A DNA stretch of 63,337 bases, filler included, from Basidioascus undulatus (lineage: Eukaryota): NCBI GenBank assembly GCA_000826855.1. It is 3 parts of 3 records of this genome, joined end to end, with 100 filler letters (N's around TTAATTAATTAA, not from the genome) between each part and the next. Parts side by side here need not be neighbours in the genome. Positions count along the whole stretch, not along the records: positions 1 to 21,073 come from JTLS01000344.1; positions 21,174 to 42,241 come from JTLS01000345.1; 1 more part is not named here. One strand, given 5' to 3'. The position numbers were made by a program, and so were the translations under genes. The notes below the pieces were generated by a model that was not told the origin of the DNA, made no database searches, and saw only the letters and a program-made list of their open reading frames with translations. Position 1 is the stretch's first letter. Every line of letters begins with the position of its first letter. This document shows, piece by piece, positions 13,884-27,186 of this stretch.

Positions 13884-16838
13884 ATGGAAGCTTGGGAGAA
13901 CGTCAAGTCGCTCTTCAGGCGTGAAAAGATCACTATTATCAACGAGCACGGCGTGGAAGAGGAGCGCTACGCTGGTGAGTTCCGGTTCTATTCCGTCTGC
14001 GATCGGCCAAAGGGGGGGCTCTTGGGCGAGAGATAGGCAGCTGTACTGACGGTAACATGAACAGATTATGAACCCCTTGCCAATCCCATCTCCCTCTGTC
14101 GGGAGCTGACGCTTAAGAACGTGAGCACCGTCTCTTCTGCACCTTGTACCATGAGCTTCGGCGGGTTCTGACAAGGGATACAGTGGGTTTTCTTCCTGGT
14201 CGGCCTCATGGGTGAGTACTTTCCGCGTTCACGGCAACGGAGAGACTTGAGCTGAGTATGTCAACCCGACAGCTTGGACTATCGACGGGTTCGACTTCCA
14301 CAGCGTCTCGCTGTCCGTTTCCCGTCTGGCTGTACACTACGATGGTGAGTCAGCATCCTCAGGTCGTTGCTAACCTTTGCTAACGGGCTGCACACTAGTC
14401 TCCCGTGTGAACATTACCACGTCGATCACCCTCACCCTCCTCTTCCGCTCGCTTGGCGCGGCTCTATTCGGTGTTCTTGGTGACCTGTAAGCCCTCTTCG
14501 TGCAACAACTGTGTAAGTACTGCTAACCTCCCGTCTCGATAGTTATGGTACGATGATTGGAACCTCTAGTGTTGCTCCAGTCAAGGACTGACACTTTCGT
14601 GAACGTGAAAAAGGGCGCAAATGGCCGATGGTGGCCAACATGATTCTCATCGGTGCGTCTGTGAAGGTCGTGCGCATTGTGGAATCAATCTAAATCAAAT
14701 ATCCCTTACAGGAGGGTTGCAACTTGCGACTGCCTACGCGGACAGTCAGTCTTCCATATTGACTGCCAGCATACCCTGGGTTGACGATTGAACTTCGCGC
14801 AGCTTTCCCGAAGTTCCTCGCTGTCCGTGCGATGTTCGGTATCGGAGTACGTGCTCTGGTTAAGCCCGGATATCTTACTGCCTCGCTCACTTGCCGTTTT
14901 TTCACCCTGCAGATGGGCGGCGTTTGTAAGTTCGCTCTGGCATGCGCTCCCTCATACATTCCATTGACTCCTTGATATTCGCATAGGGGGTAACGCCATC
15001 GCCATGGCTCTGGAGAGCATGCCTCCTCGCCCGCGTGGTCTCATGTCCGGCATCCTCCAGCAGGGGTGGGTGATCTCTCAATGCGATGCTACAACGACCC
15101 GGCTGATCGAGACCCGCAACAACAGCTACTCCCTCGGCTACCTTCTCGCAGCGGCCCTGAACCTGTGAGTTTCCCTACATATTGTAAGTCTGGCTGTTTG
15201 CTTACCTCAGCATCGTATAGCACGGTGGTGCCCAAGAGCAAGGAGTCCTTCAAGATGCTGTTCTACGTCGGCGCGGGCTGCTCTGTCTTCGTCGGCTTCC
15301 TTCGATGCCTATTCCCGGAGTCAGAGCAGTTTTTGAAGGCGAAGGCTGTCAGTATTCTATAATAGAGGCCCCAGGGATGAACGTATGGCTGACGATGACA
15401 GCGGATTCAGGAGGGGAAGCGTGGGGGACACACGCAGCAATTCTTCAAGGAGGCAAAGCTCGTGCTTCGTACCAGCTGGCGCCGCTGCATCTATGCTTGC
15501 AGTAAGTTTCTGCTTTTACTTTTTTCTCATGCGTCAGGTTGTTCTGACAAAGTCACACCCCCAGTCCTGATGGCGCTCTTCAACTTCTTCTCGTGAGGGT
15601 ATCTCCTCCCCTGGGCATGGCAACCGTGGCTGACCTCACCCATCTGCAGCCACACTACGCAAGACAGTTACCCCACATTCATACAACAGCAAATTTTATT
15701 CCTTGTTTCATTCTTCCGGCTGAAGCTTACGATTGCATCGCTACAACAGGGGCAAGGAGTACAGCGGCAACCAGGCTAGCTTGGCTACTGTGTAAGTCCA
15801 TCCACATGTCAGTTCCTTAGCATGAGCTTAGTCTCTCCTCCATACAGTATTGCCAAAGTTGGTGCCTGCGTCGGGGGTGCTATTATCGGATACGTCAGCC
15901 AGAGCATTGGGCGGCGTCGCGCCATTGTCATCTCCGCTATCTTGGCTGGGTGCCTGTACGTAATGATCCGCTATATCGTAATGGCTGGTATTGCTTGCTC
16001 ATGCCCGCCTTACCCAGGATTCCTGCTTGGATTATCCCCAGCTCTCTTGGCGGTCTTTCCGCGGGCTCGTTCATGCTGCAGGTAAGCTGGACATCTCTTG
16101 CCGTTCAGGAGGCTCAGGGAGGCTTACATCGCCATTTATTGCGTCTGCAGTTCTTTGTGCAGGGTGCATGGGGTGTTATCCCTATCCATCTGAAGTAAGT
16201 AGATTTATTCGCAAGTGCGCCTTGCAGTGCTGCCGAATCTGACGAGCTCTTCTGCCCACAGTGAGCTGTCGCCCCCGGCTTTCCGCTCGTCCTTTCCGGG
16301 AATTGCGTACCAGATCGGAAACATGTAAGAAAAGGCATTACTCAATATTTGCGGCTCTAGCTGAACCTTTTTTGACGCAGGATCTCCTCGCCGTCCGCCG
16401 AGATCGTGACTGCCATCGCTGAGAGCAACTTGATCAAGAGCCGCACTGGAAAGCTCGCGCCGGCGTACGGACCGACGATGGGTACGTTCTCCCTCACAAC
16501 AATATCCAACCAGCCCAATTTTTGACCCCTTGTTACTCTATGCAGGTGTTGCGACCGCTCTTATTGCCACTGGCATTGCCATCTGGACGGCGATCGGCAA
16601 GGAGGCTCGTGGCTCCCGTTTCGGTAAGTATTATTTTCCGATAACATACGCACATACGCGACTTGCTCACTTTTCTTCACCTATGCACTACACAGAGCAA
16701 GCCGACATCGCTGGCCACCACGTCGAGGAGAAGGACGCTCCTCGCAACAAGGCGCCGGAAGGGGACCTCGAGGCCGGCCTTTCGCGCGACGACAAGGGCG
16801 CTGTCGACGTGGTGGAGGACATCGAGAAGAAGCACTGA
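13884..16838 (+). CDS. JEN1: Jen1-family carboxylic acid transporter (MFS), ~24 exons
   Basis: Spliced motifs WTIDGFDF, TLLFRSLGA, GDLYGRKWP, SGILQQGYSLGY, signature NFFSHTTQDSYPT, QGAWGVIPIHLNELSP, GIAYQIGN. Confidence 0.93.
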
Positions 16839-19800
16839 GGACCTAGTGAATTGTGGTATGGGTTACCGTGGTGTACTTGTACCTCAATGTTGAAGCCAGA
16901 CGGCCAGTTTCAGATCAAGTTCCTTTACGGTTCGGATTTGCTCGAGTACTAGTGAACAGGCGTCCGTGTGGGGCAGGAGGTGATCTTAGTTATGCTAAAC
17001 GCCATGGGTCTGCCGCATTCCACTACGTTCCCTGCTTCCTCTCTGCGAGAAGGTCGCCAGACTTTGGTATGGCAGCCTTTGCTCTGGAGCTGGTTCGGGA
17101 CCGAGCGTGCGGACGTGGCTCCAGAGAAGCGCTTGCTAATGTTGTCTTCTGGCTACCGTAAGGTGAGCGCACCGAACGACATCTTTGCACAGTCGACGTA
17201 CAGAGGCATGTATGTTCCGAGGATGCCAATTTAACGCGACTCAACTTCGTACAGATTTTACCATGTAGATGCCGTACCTGAAAGAAGCAATGAAGTTCTG
17301 AAACGTCTTGCTCGTTTAGGATGTCTGTTCAGTTTGTCTTCACCCCCGGGCTTAGGCCGGCTCACTGCCGCACGCTGCTAAGCGTTTCAGACAGCCCTAT
17401 TGCCGGAGATGACCCCCCGTTCGTTGCAGTGTGTGCTCACCGGCGTTGCTTATCTACGCGATGACAACGCATACCCATCGTGTGTGGCGCGGCAGGGAAA
17501 CAATATTTAAGTGGAAATGCCACGTCAAGATTTGACGCCTCAACAGGCGTCACTGAAACTCTGACAACCTTTCCCGAGGCACCTCCATTATATAAACATC
17601 AGTCATTTTTCACGGTGTTAGTCCAAATTTGGGCCAGGAGCCCTCGAACGAACCCCATTCGCCGGGTTTGCAGATTGCTATGAGCCTTCCAAGAATGCAT
17701 GGCTCCACCACTCAATGCAACATTCGGGAGGCTAGTTCTTCCACAAAATAGGGCCAAGAATAGATAGTGCCCTGGCAAGTTGAATCCCTCACAGGACGGG
17801 AAGAAGCGTCGCGGCAACGGCGTGTGGGTGTGCGCGATCCTAGTGTAGAAGTCTTTCAAGTGCCCATGATGCTGTAGCGCATAGGCCAGCCGATATGGTA
17901 GTGGAATATTTTGGGGCTACCCTTTGCGACAGGTGCGGATCTGCTGAGGGCGATGCAGGCTGAAGAGCCCCACTGGTAGCGCGGCGGGGAGACACTGAGA
18001 TAGGGGAATGCCGCTTCAGGGCTTCCATGCTAGACTCTCTTTCATGCTCTGGAAACAGACTAAAATCCAATCTATATGTACTCAGACATATGGTTTCCAA
18101 GGTGCTAGAAGGTCTAGGTTGGCAGGGCCCGTGTCCAGCTGCTATGAGCCTGCTGAGCCGTGAGCGCGGTGAAAGATCAGGAATTGCCAGCTTCACTTAT
18201 ACTATAATCAAAGTGTTAGGCGCATTATGGCATATCCAATATTATACAGTAGTGTGATCGCTTGTAATTCGCCGAAACCACGGAACTTCCCTTCCTGCCC
18301 CTCTATCTGTCCCTTCCGCACCAGACTCACGCAAGGCCATGACACGGTCACGTATGGTCCATGCTTGCTGAATTACTCGATTAACCAGCGGTAAGGGATT
18401 GTTTCACTCTGGACACAAGTGCGTTCGTCGTCTTCAGGTCGCGAACCAGCGACGTTGCTAGTCGATTGACCGCCCCGCGTTTCACATGCGGAAGCCTGGC
18501 TTGGCGGCAGGTTGCTCATATCGGGCATTGATGTAGATTTTTTTTTACATCAGTATGTAAACACAGGCAGCAGAACACGCGGAACGTCCACCGTTGCGAT
18601 AATTGGCCGGCGAAGCCTCGCAGTCTGAGATAGCACATTCCTGATCTGAATCCGCATGGACTCGCCAGCCTATTTAGCATCGCAACATCCTTCACTCCTC
18701 TTCTCATACCCCCCAATTCCATACCGTACACCACATCCCTAGCCATCCATCATCAGTGGCTGGCCACGATGAAGTTCACAATCCTTCTCCTCCTCCTGCC
18801 CCTGCTGCTCTCAATCATCACGGCTCTGGCTTCGGTCGAGCTTCACTCTCCGGAGACGCTCTCCGCTCTATATATTCTGGTTTCATGCACCTCACTCGGA
18901 AGATAGGAGAGTACATCAAAGGTATGTCGGCTCGTTCTCTCTGGGTGATTTCCCAAGTGGCGCGTCAGCGAGGCGGCGATGCGGGCCCCCGCAGTCGGGG
19001 TCGTTGCGCGATGCCTGTCCAACATAGTTTGGATGCTATTGTGGAGGAGTCAAGTCCGTTTGTACTTGTACGGGCGTCTGTCGGGGTTGCCTGCCTTGTC
19101 TGGGCTTTCCGTGAGGGAGCGAGAGCGAGCATTTATGTTGTAGAGGGTGCGTTTGTATCTCATCACAGGACTACCTCATCACAGGACTCTTGTTGTCAAT
19201 GTGATCGGACGAAACACCTTCGGATTATTCAGGCTGTTTGTGTGTTTGGAAGTGGTGTGGGCGGCGCGGAAGGATGCGAAAGCTGCGGTTACGTTCGCAA
19301 CAATATCTCACCCTACCGCATTTGCGTTTGTTTTGTGCATCAGGTAAATAGACCCTTTAAACTCAAGGTAACATCTGGACCGTGATGCAGCAAACCTCCA
19401 GCCGCCATCCAATGCTCAGAGGCCATGCGACATGAGTCAGTCTTCTCGTTCCCTAGCCCTTTCAATTCAGCGCAGACCGTCGTGCTGCCGCGACACACTG
19501 CCATTTAGATGGAATCAAAGGAGTAAAACAACAGGCATTCACACATAAACTTCCGGTTTAAGCCTCAAGCGTGCGAGATCACGCAGTATCCACCCTGGGC
19601 AACCAAACGTCACATTTTTTGCGAACGACATGGACGGAGACGCTGGGAAGCTTTCCAGACCTGCCCAGCGGTCCAGGATCCGTACGGAATGACAGAGGCT
19701 GTAGTTATTAACCTGGCTGAGTTGAGCTTGGAGCAAGCAAAACTTTCCGGCTTTCAATCCCCTCCTGCGCAACGAAGATGGCCTGCGCTGCCACACCGTC

Positions 19801-20130
19801 CATGGTGACACTACACTGCGTCGGACTCTTGGATCCCTTTCCTATAGAAGCAGGCGAACGCACATGCACCGGGCAGACAACAAGACAAGAGAAGGCAGGG
19901 ACATCGCACCGCGTCCCACCCATCCTTCTATTGTTCTCGTACATCGTACACGCCACCCACCACGCTCCAACACATCGCATCACATAAATACTCCTCAAAA
20001 AGAGGAACAAAGTCTCGAACATGAACATAGAAGACAAACAACAAAATCTGCAAAAAAATCTGCAAAAGCACGTTCGAAAGTGTCCATCCCCAATCTCTTC
20101 ATCTTCATCTTCATCCGATCCGATCCGAAC

Positions 20131-21073
20131 TCAGAACTTGCTATAAGTCGGCAACTCGACATCGTCCGCCTTCTGCTGCTGCGGAGCAGAGTACCCGTAG
20201 GTGGAGGTGGGCGCGATGCCCTGCTCGATGAGCCGCGTCTGACGCGCCTCGCGCACGCGCGCGCGGCGCTGGCGGTAGCAGTGCGGGATAAGGGAGAAGA
20301 TCTGCGCGCGAGGGGAGGGCGTCAGCCGAGAGAACGGGCAACGGGAAAGGAACAGGGGAGACGAAGAAGAGCGTGAAGACGGGTGGAGAGCGGAACAAGG
20401 GGCGGGGAAGAGAGGGGAAAGAGGGGAACAGGGGAAAAGGTGCTGTGGAGAAGGGAAAAAGGAGGTAGGAGAAGGGGGAAGAGGGAAGAGGAAGAGGGGA
20501 TAGGGGAAGAAGAACGAAGACAAACCCCGAACAACGCCTGCAAGAGGAACGCGACGAGGATGACCCAGAGCGCGGACTCGAGGCTGCCCGAGGGCCTGCC
20601 GTCGATGCCGATCAGGTTGGCCGAGTCGACGCGGCGCTTGACGTCGCAGAAGAAGATGAGGTCGACGCTGGCGGAGTAGGATGGGGTTCGTGGTTCGTCA
20701 GTCAAAGGATCTAGGCAGGTGGTTGGGGATGGAAGGGGAAGGTGGCAGGAGAGGGAAGGGGGAAGTGGAGAGGGAATGAAGGGAAGAGGGGAGAGGTAAG
20801 GGAACCCACATGAGCGCCGCAAACGTGAAGAAGGCCGCGATGAGCTGGGCGATTCCGAGCACGCGGGCTGAGGGCGCGCGCGTGGAAGAGGAGAAGAAGA
20901 CGAGGAGGGAGAAGAGGACGACGAGGGCTGTGAAGACGAGGGCTGTTCGCTCCCCCCCAAGGGTAGGTGAGTATCAACAAACCTCCGAGGGGGAGAGGAG
21001 GCAAGGGCGCACCGAAAGTGTTTACGATCAACCCGCGCGAGAGCCCGCGCAGGAAGGAGTTGTTGAATTGGGA
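20131..21073 (-). CDS. 3' part of a SUR7/PalI(Rim9)-like membrane protein, truncated by contig edge
   Basis: Exons encoding successive TM helices (ALVFTALVVLFSLLVFF, VLGIAQLIAAFFTFAAL, ALWVILVAFLLQALFG) and a C-tail ending ELPTYSKF*. Confidence 0.55.
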
Positions 21074-21173
21074 NNNNNNNNNNNNNNNNNNNNNNNNNNN
21101 NNNNNNNNNNNNNNNNNTTAATTAATTAANNNNNNNNNNNNNNNNNNNNNNNNNNNNNNNNNNNNNNNNNNNN
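21074..21173. other. Artificial contig linker N44-TTAATTAATTAA-N44
   Basis: Exactly 100 bp; central 12-mer has stops in all six frames; identical to the second linker. Confidence 0.98.
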
Positions 21174-22483
21174 TGTTCCTCGAAACCGATGACTTCGCGC
21201 GCGATCACGCTCTCTATGTTGGAGGCGGCGTCCGCTTCCGCGAGGCCGAGCACGGGCTGGGCGTCCTCGATCTCGTGCGCGAGGGCGACGGCTGGCTGGG
21301 AAGCGGCTACTGCGGCGGGGGGTGCGGGCGGAGGGACGGGGGCAGGAGGGGCAGGCACGTCCTCGAGTGCTCGCGCGACCTGCGCGATCCGCCCCTCCTC
21401 CTCCAGCTCTGCCTCCAACTCGCCCCTCACCGCGTCCCGCTCCCTCTCCCCCACTCCTTCCTCCCTCTCCCCTTCCCCACCGCCCACACGCGCTTCTAGC
21501 CGCTGGATCGCCCCCCAAATCGGCTTGAGCACGTCGTGCAGGTCGTACCGCACGTGCTTAACCTGCTTATCGATCACGCTGCCGTGATCGACCGCCTCGA
21601 GCGCAGTCAGGCGGGCGAGGACGTCCGTCATGGAGGAGGGTGGTTGGGATTTCGCGTTTTCGAGCGCGGAAAGACGCGCGGAGAGGGAGGCGAGCGTGTC
21701 GGTAGATGCGGAGGCTTTGAGCGCCATGAGCTCGGACTCGACCGCTGCGAGGCGGGCGGAGAGGGACGCGATGCTGTCGCTCGCCGCGGGGGGCGGCTTC
21801 ACCGCAGAGGACGGCGCGGGGGTGAAGAGCTCCGAGGAGGCCGGGGACATGAGGGGCGTGGAAGTGGACGGGAGGGAAACTTCGGCTGTTCCCAATGCGC
21901 GAGCGGGTTAGAGGGATGGAATGCGTCGCGCTTGCGGAAGGGGGAGACGCACACTTCCGCTTGAGCACTGGGATGCGCACGACGGGGACTTGGCGCTTCT
22001 TCTTCGGTGGCGCGGGAGCAGGAGCGGAGGCGGGAGCGGGCGCTTTGGACTTGGGCTTCGGCTGGGGCTGGGGCGTGTTCCCCATCCGCAGCTCGTCGTC
22101 GCTCTCCTCATCCTCCTCCTCGTCTTCATCCTCGGAGGACGATACGGACACGCGCACAGGGCGGGGGGCTTTCGTGCCGGTGCTCGCGGCGGTGCGTTTG
22201 GACTTCGGCTCGGGCTTGTGCGCGGCGACGAGTTCGGGGGAGGTCGAGCGGGAGCGGGACGGGGAGGGCGCGGCGAGGGACACGAGCTCGGTGATGATGT
22301 TCTCGGACGACTTGTTGGCTGCAACCTTATGCTTCTGAAACCACCTCACAAGACCGCCTCAGCCGAATGTATGTGAGAGAAAGAAGAGGTAAACGCGAGG
22401 ACGCGCACCTTCGCGAGCGCCTGCAAGCTCTTCCTGTCGAGGCGCTCGAGCGCGCGGCGGGAGAGGTCGTCGGGCGCGGGCAT
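21174..22483 (-). CDS. Hypothetical protein with N-terminal SAP/HeH-like motif, disordered region and coiled coil; 3'-truncated by contig edge
   Basis: MPAPDDLSRRALERLDRKSLQALAK|KHKVAANKSSENIITELV; introns at ~22340-22408 and ~21885-21953; repeated LSARLxALE heptads. Confidence 0.65.
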
Positions 22484-22656
22484 CGGGGGCGTGGTGATCG
22501 TCGTCGTCGTTGTCGTTGTCGTCAATCGGTCTATCGCGTATAAAAGTAAAACCTCGGCGTAACGCGTCGGGGTCGTCAAGAAAGAAAGAGTCAGTGAGAG
22601 CCGGGTGATGGGCAGAGGCCAACCCGCGTTCCCGCATACGCGCCGAGAGCACGGTC

Positions 22657-22701
22657 AAAGTCACGTGCAAAAAAGTCACGTGCAAAAAAGTCACGTGCAG
22701 A
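22657..22701. repeat. 3 x 15-bp tandem repeat AAAGTCACGTGCAAA containing E-boxes
   Basis: Directly visible; lies in the divergent promoter between the SAP-like gene and SEH1. Confidence 0.9.
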
Positions 22702-22967
22702 AACGCGCTCGCAAGGGGCGTGCATCTTTTTCCACTCTTCAACGTCCTCCGGGAAGCTTGTAGGCCAAGAATCTATTTTCTGGGATTATAGTTACTTTTA
22801 TGGATAAACTTCCATTGGAAATTCCTACAACGCAAGCAAACTGCTCAAAACCAGACGGACACCCAGCGAGCTCTAAACGCCGCAATGAATTCCCCCCTCC
22901 TTCCCCTCAGCTTCCTTCCTCGTCCCCATCACCACCTTCCCCCTCATCCTCCCCTATCTCACCAACG

Positions 22968-24459
22968 ATGCAAACCGCGGTCCTCCCCACTTCGCACGAG
23001 GACCTCCTCACCTGCCTGTCGTACGACTTCTACGGCCTCCGCCTCGCCACGGGCGGTGCCGACCAGAAGATCAAGACCTGGCGTGTCAGGCCTCCCTCCT
23101 CCACTGACGGGCAGCAGCAGGGGCAGGGGGTGGAGCAGGAGGATACAAGGGGAGGGTGGGTGGAAGAGGGGGGGTGGAAGGTGCCCCTTTCTGTCTCTTT
23201 AAAGGTAGTAAAGAATCTGACAAGTTGGTGTGGGATCCCTCCAGGCCCACGACGCCCCCCTCACCTCCCTCTCCTGGGCGCCCCCCCAATTCGGGACCCT
23301 CCTCGCCTCCTCCTCCTTTGACCGCACCGTGCGGATCTTCGAAGAGTCCCCTTCCGAACCCCCGACCTCCGGGCGGCGCTGGCCGCAGCGCGCGCTCCTC
23401 TCCGACGCGCGCGCCTCCGTGCGGGACGTGTCCTTCGCGCCGGCGGGGGTCACACCCGGGCTCGTCCTCGCGTCCATCGCGTCCGACCACGTCCTGCGTG
23501 TTTACGGGGCCCAGAGCGCGGGCGACTTGGGAGCCTGGAGTGTTTTGGCGGAGGTGGATGTTCTGGCGCTCGGGGGCGGGGCGGCGGCGGGGGAGGAGGA
23601 CGCGCCTTTGGGTGTGGGGGTGGGCAGGTCAGTTCTGGGAGGGAACAAAGAGTTCGAAGGCGGGTGGGCCCTCTCGTGGTGCCCCGAGAAGTACTGGGGC
23701 CCGCTCCTCTCCGTCTCCGCCGGCGCGTCCCCCACCCTCAAACTCATCTCCTACACGCCCTCCACGCGGCCCTCCCTGATCCTCGGGCTCTCCCCGCCGG
23801 GCGGAGGGGGCAGCGCACCAATAACGACCGTGGACTGGGCGCCGGCGTGCGGGCGGAGCTACCAGCTCATCGGTACGGGCAGCAGAGACGGGAAGGTCAG
23901 GGTGTGGAAGGTCCGCCCGCCCCCCCTTGGTTCGGGGGCCGCCGCGGGAGGGGAGTGGAAGGGCGAGTGCGTGGCGGAGTTTGATGAGCACCAGGGGTTT
24001 GCGGTGAGCAAGGTCGAGTGGAATGTTACAGGGTGCGTTGCGTTGCGTTGGTTGAGGGATGAGGGATGAAGGGAGCTGATGGGCGGATCGGCACGCGGGC
24101 AGGACCGTCTTGTCCAGCGCGGGGGAGGACGGGAAGATCAGGCTGTGGAAAGGTCCGCTTGTCCTTGCCTCCCTCTTTCCTTTCCCACTCCTCTAACCCC
24201 AACCCGATTCACAGCCTCCTACGCCGACGTTTGGGCATGCCTCACAACCTTGTGCGTCCACTCCTTCCCTCGATTCCCTCCCCTGCCTTCTCCTTTCCAC
24301 CCTCTCCTTCCTCTCTTCCCCCTTCCCTTCTCTTCCCCTTCCCTTCCCTTCCCTTCCGCCTCCCTCTTCCTGTGGATGCAGTACTGAAACCCACCACGCA
24401 CCCACAGCTCCGCCGAAGGCCCTCCACCGTCGTCGGACAAGGGCGGGATGGAACACTAG
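22968..24459 (+). CDS. SEH1: WD40 nucleoporin/SEA-complex subunit Seh1
   Basis: [93 protein letters not shown]. Confidence 0.93.
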
Positions 24460-24899
24460 TCGCTCTCGTTTTTTGGGGTTGTATTCTGTGTTGTTCCAAA
24501 GGGGGTTATTATGTGAGGATTGGCCCGAGACGCAGGGTGCGAGCAGTGTCAATCGCATTTCGATCGGCGCGGCGGGACGCTTTTACTCGCTCGCTCACTT
24601 CGATCGCTTGCTCGCATCCATGTTGCTCCCACGTCTTGCTCAACTCCAATCCGGAGGCTTTCTCCCCTTCTCTCTGTCGACTATCGACCTCCCTTCCTTT
24701 TCCTCACGATCTGGTTCAGCCTCGCATCGAGCTTTTGCCTGCAAACAACAACGCCTCGGCCAAGGCCGGGTTTGACTGCCCGTTTGCGAATCGGAGCGGA
24801 TCAACCAGCCCGTTTCCGACTCGATCTTTTCAGTACCGTTATGTATGATTTCTGTTGGTTTGGGGACCGTGGCCGCGTCGGCGCATCCTGATGCCTTGC

Positions 24900-27016
24900 T
24901 ATGTCAGTGTGCTTTCCGATGGTCCTGGGATGCGGTATGTGGGTGATTACTGGCTAATGCTCATGCCAATTTGGCGGCTGGGTTGTCGCATCTTAATCGC
25001 TGTGGCCTCTGGTACGGGGCAGTCTTTGCCTTCGAACACGCAATTTCCAACCGATCCGTTCTCCTCGCCAAGCCTGTCCCTTCGTGAAACAGATTAATTG
25101 CGTACCCTCGGAGAAGAACGGTGACGAGACTGTCAGCTGTGCAGTTAACTGCGTCCACACCGATGCCTTGGGACTTGGCAGTTCGCCTCACTTCTGCGCT
25201 TAATAACACACCTTTCAAGTTCTCGTATGCAGCTGCAGGAACAGACGCTCCAGAGTGGACCCCACCGGGGCCTACTCATTGGCCGGCATTACCTTTACAA
25301 CACGGTCCGCCTCGTCGCATAGCTAGATACCGAAACGCTGGAGCTTCAAGCCCATCACAAGTGCACGTTCCAGAAAGTCCTCTTCTCGCGTTGTCGCCCA
25401 AATGAAGGCTCGTTCTGCCACGTGCTCCTGGGCAGACAGATCGTGGAGGAGCTTGAACCGATCTAAGCTGCTGATGAGGTGCCTCCGGGAGAACAAGAAG
25501 AAATTCTTCCATCGCCCTGCGGCAGTCCGGCGACATATTTTCGAATGTCACCGTGGTTGAGTGAAGGTAGGCCTAGCGACCGCACGAAGTCAGGAGGTGG
25601 GATGCTGGGAAACGATTCAAGTAGGTTGGGCAAGCTTTTGAAGTGCACGCCGCAGCTTGAGTCCCCGGCGATGCGCTCGAATCGAGTTAAAGCTGCCTCA
25701 GGTGATTTCCATGGCGCTCTACGTAACAGAGGAGGGGTTGGAGCCGTTGCTGCTGCGGTTCATCATTGCATTCCGAAACAAAGCGGTATGACAAAGGTGG
25801 GATGATGCGCAGGCAACAAGGCTACCCACCGCCCACTCGAAACCTTTTGGTCTGTGCAACATATGAAGAGGCCAGCAATCCTTCAAGTCCGGAGAATTGC
25901 TTCTACGAGAGTAGATGTTGGTTGACCTTCGAATCGGCCACGCACACGCCTCACTCTGCACAACGCTGCACAAGCGGTCCCTCCACATATCTATGACTTT
26001 CGACACTTTGTCCGGACAAGACGTATCTCCCCATGCAGTAGCGCAACGGCAATATCCTGCTGCACCTCTATGGGTACGTATCTCCAAATTGGCGCAACAG
26101 GGACTATCTCTGCCGCACGCGTACTTGATTGAGCGAGAGCAGAACTCCATTCAGGCTTCCAGCCTTGCACATCCCACCCGTGTTCCGAAAGCCATGCAAC
26201 GGGATTCTGCCACCAAATGCGGCACGGAATAATGTGTTAGCAATCGAAAGCATTTGTCGCGAATATGCAATATCGAAGCCTCGCGGGGCTGACCTGGGTA
26301 AATCCACGCGGAAGATATTTGCGGGGTTTCCTTTATTTTGTCGTCCAGGAACGTCGCGGTGCTCATGCACTTAAATCCAGCCAAGAAAATGTTCAATGAA
26401 TCGGGGACGGACCGTCTTGGTAAGTAACCTGGTCTCCGGTCCGCGTGAGCAGGCGCAGGAACTCGTGCGAACACCAGCGTCCCAGCACAGTCTTGGCATC
26501 AGTCTCCGCTGTTCCCCTGCCTGAGCCCAGCGCTACAGGAAGGATTTTGGCGGCCGCGAGCTCGTCACGCTGGGAAACATAGAGTTGATGACCAGGAGAG
26601 TCGACGGCGACACCGCGCTTTGCGGCAAACATGCGGATGGTGCGTAGGCGTTCGGTTTCCTGTCATAGGGCCACCCTAACAATGAGTAGAGGCATCGAGC
26701 AGTGTTTCAAAAAGAGTGTTTCAAAAAGACCATAAAGATGAACCTCGGTCATGAAAGGCTGCCTAGGTGTACAAGTTCCGCGCTGCTTGGCCTGTTAGCC
26801 TATGCCTCTAAGACAAAAAGACGGCAACAGCTGGTTACTCACTGAGGGTTGAGTCTCATGTCGTCCGTCCGACTCGATTAGCGGGAGTGCAATGCCTTGC
26901 GACGCGGGCTTTGACTTCGAAGCGGCGGGTGGTGAAGCGAAGTAACGCGCCGCGCTCGATAGTGAGATGCGCGGCGGTAAAAGAAACGATCGAGCGAGGA
27001 AGCGCAAAGCAAGCAT
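24900..27016 (-). pseudogene. Probable decayed gene with mitochondrial-presequence-like N-terminus
   Basis: MLALRFLARSFLLPPRISLSSAARYFAS first exon ending at a GTGAGT donor; later exon-like blocks contain stops; family not recognised; 3' limit approximate. Confidence 0.35.
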
Positions 27017-27186
27017 AACGTGCTGCTGGAGGTTCGAAAAGCCAGCAAGCGACAAACAGTGATGATGATGATGGTGGGGAGAAGATGAAGGAGACAAAGG
27101 ACGACATACACCTCGGAGGCGCCTGACAACTCTGCCAGCGCCTACGACCCCGCTCGACAGCAAGCGTAAGACGCGAGGATACCTTA

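Noticed and set aside
20320..20800. Polypurine/polypyrimidine tracts (also 24260-24370) as functional triplex elements
   Set aside because: They fall inside introns as pyrimidine-rich low-complexity sequence, which is common in these genomes
21118..21129. TTAATTAATTAA palindrome as a biological site (piggyBac target or recombination site)
   Set aside because: Centred in exactly 44+44 Ns and repeated identically at 42286-42297; it is an assembly linker
22657..22701. CRISPR array or point-centromere CDEI
   Set aside because: Repeats are contiguous without spacers, the context is eukaryotic with no cas genes, and no AT-rich CDEII or CDEIII follows
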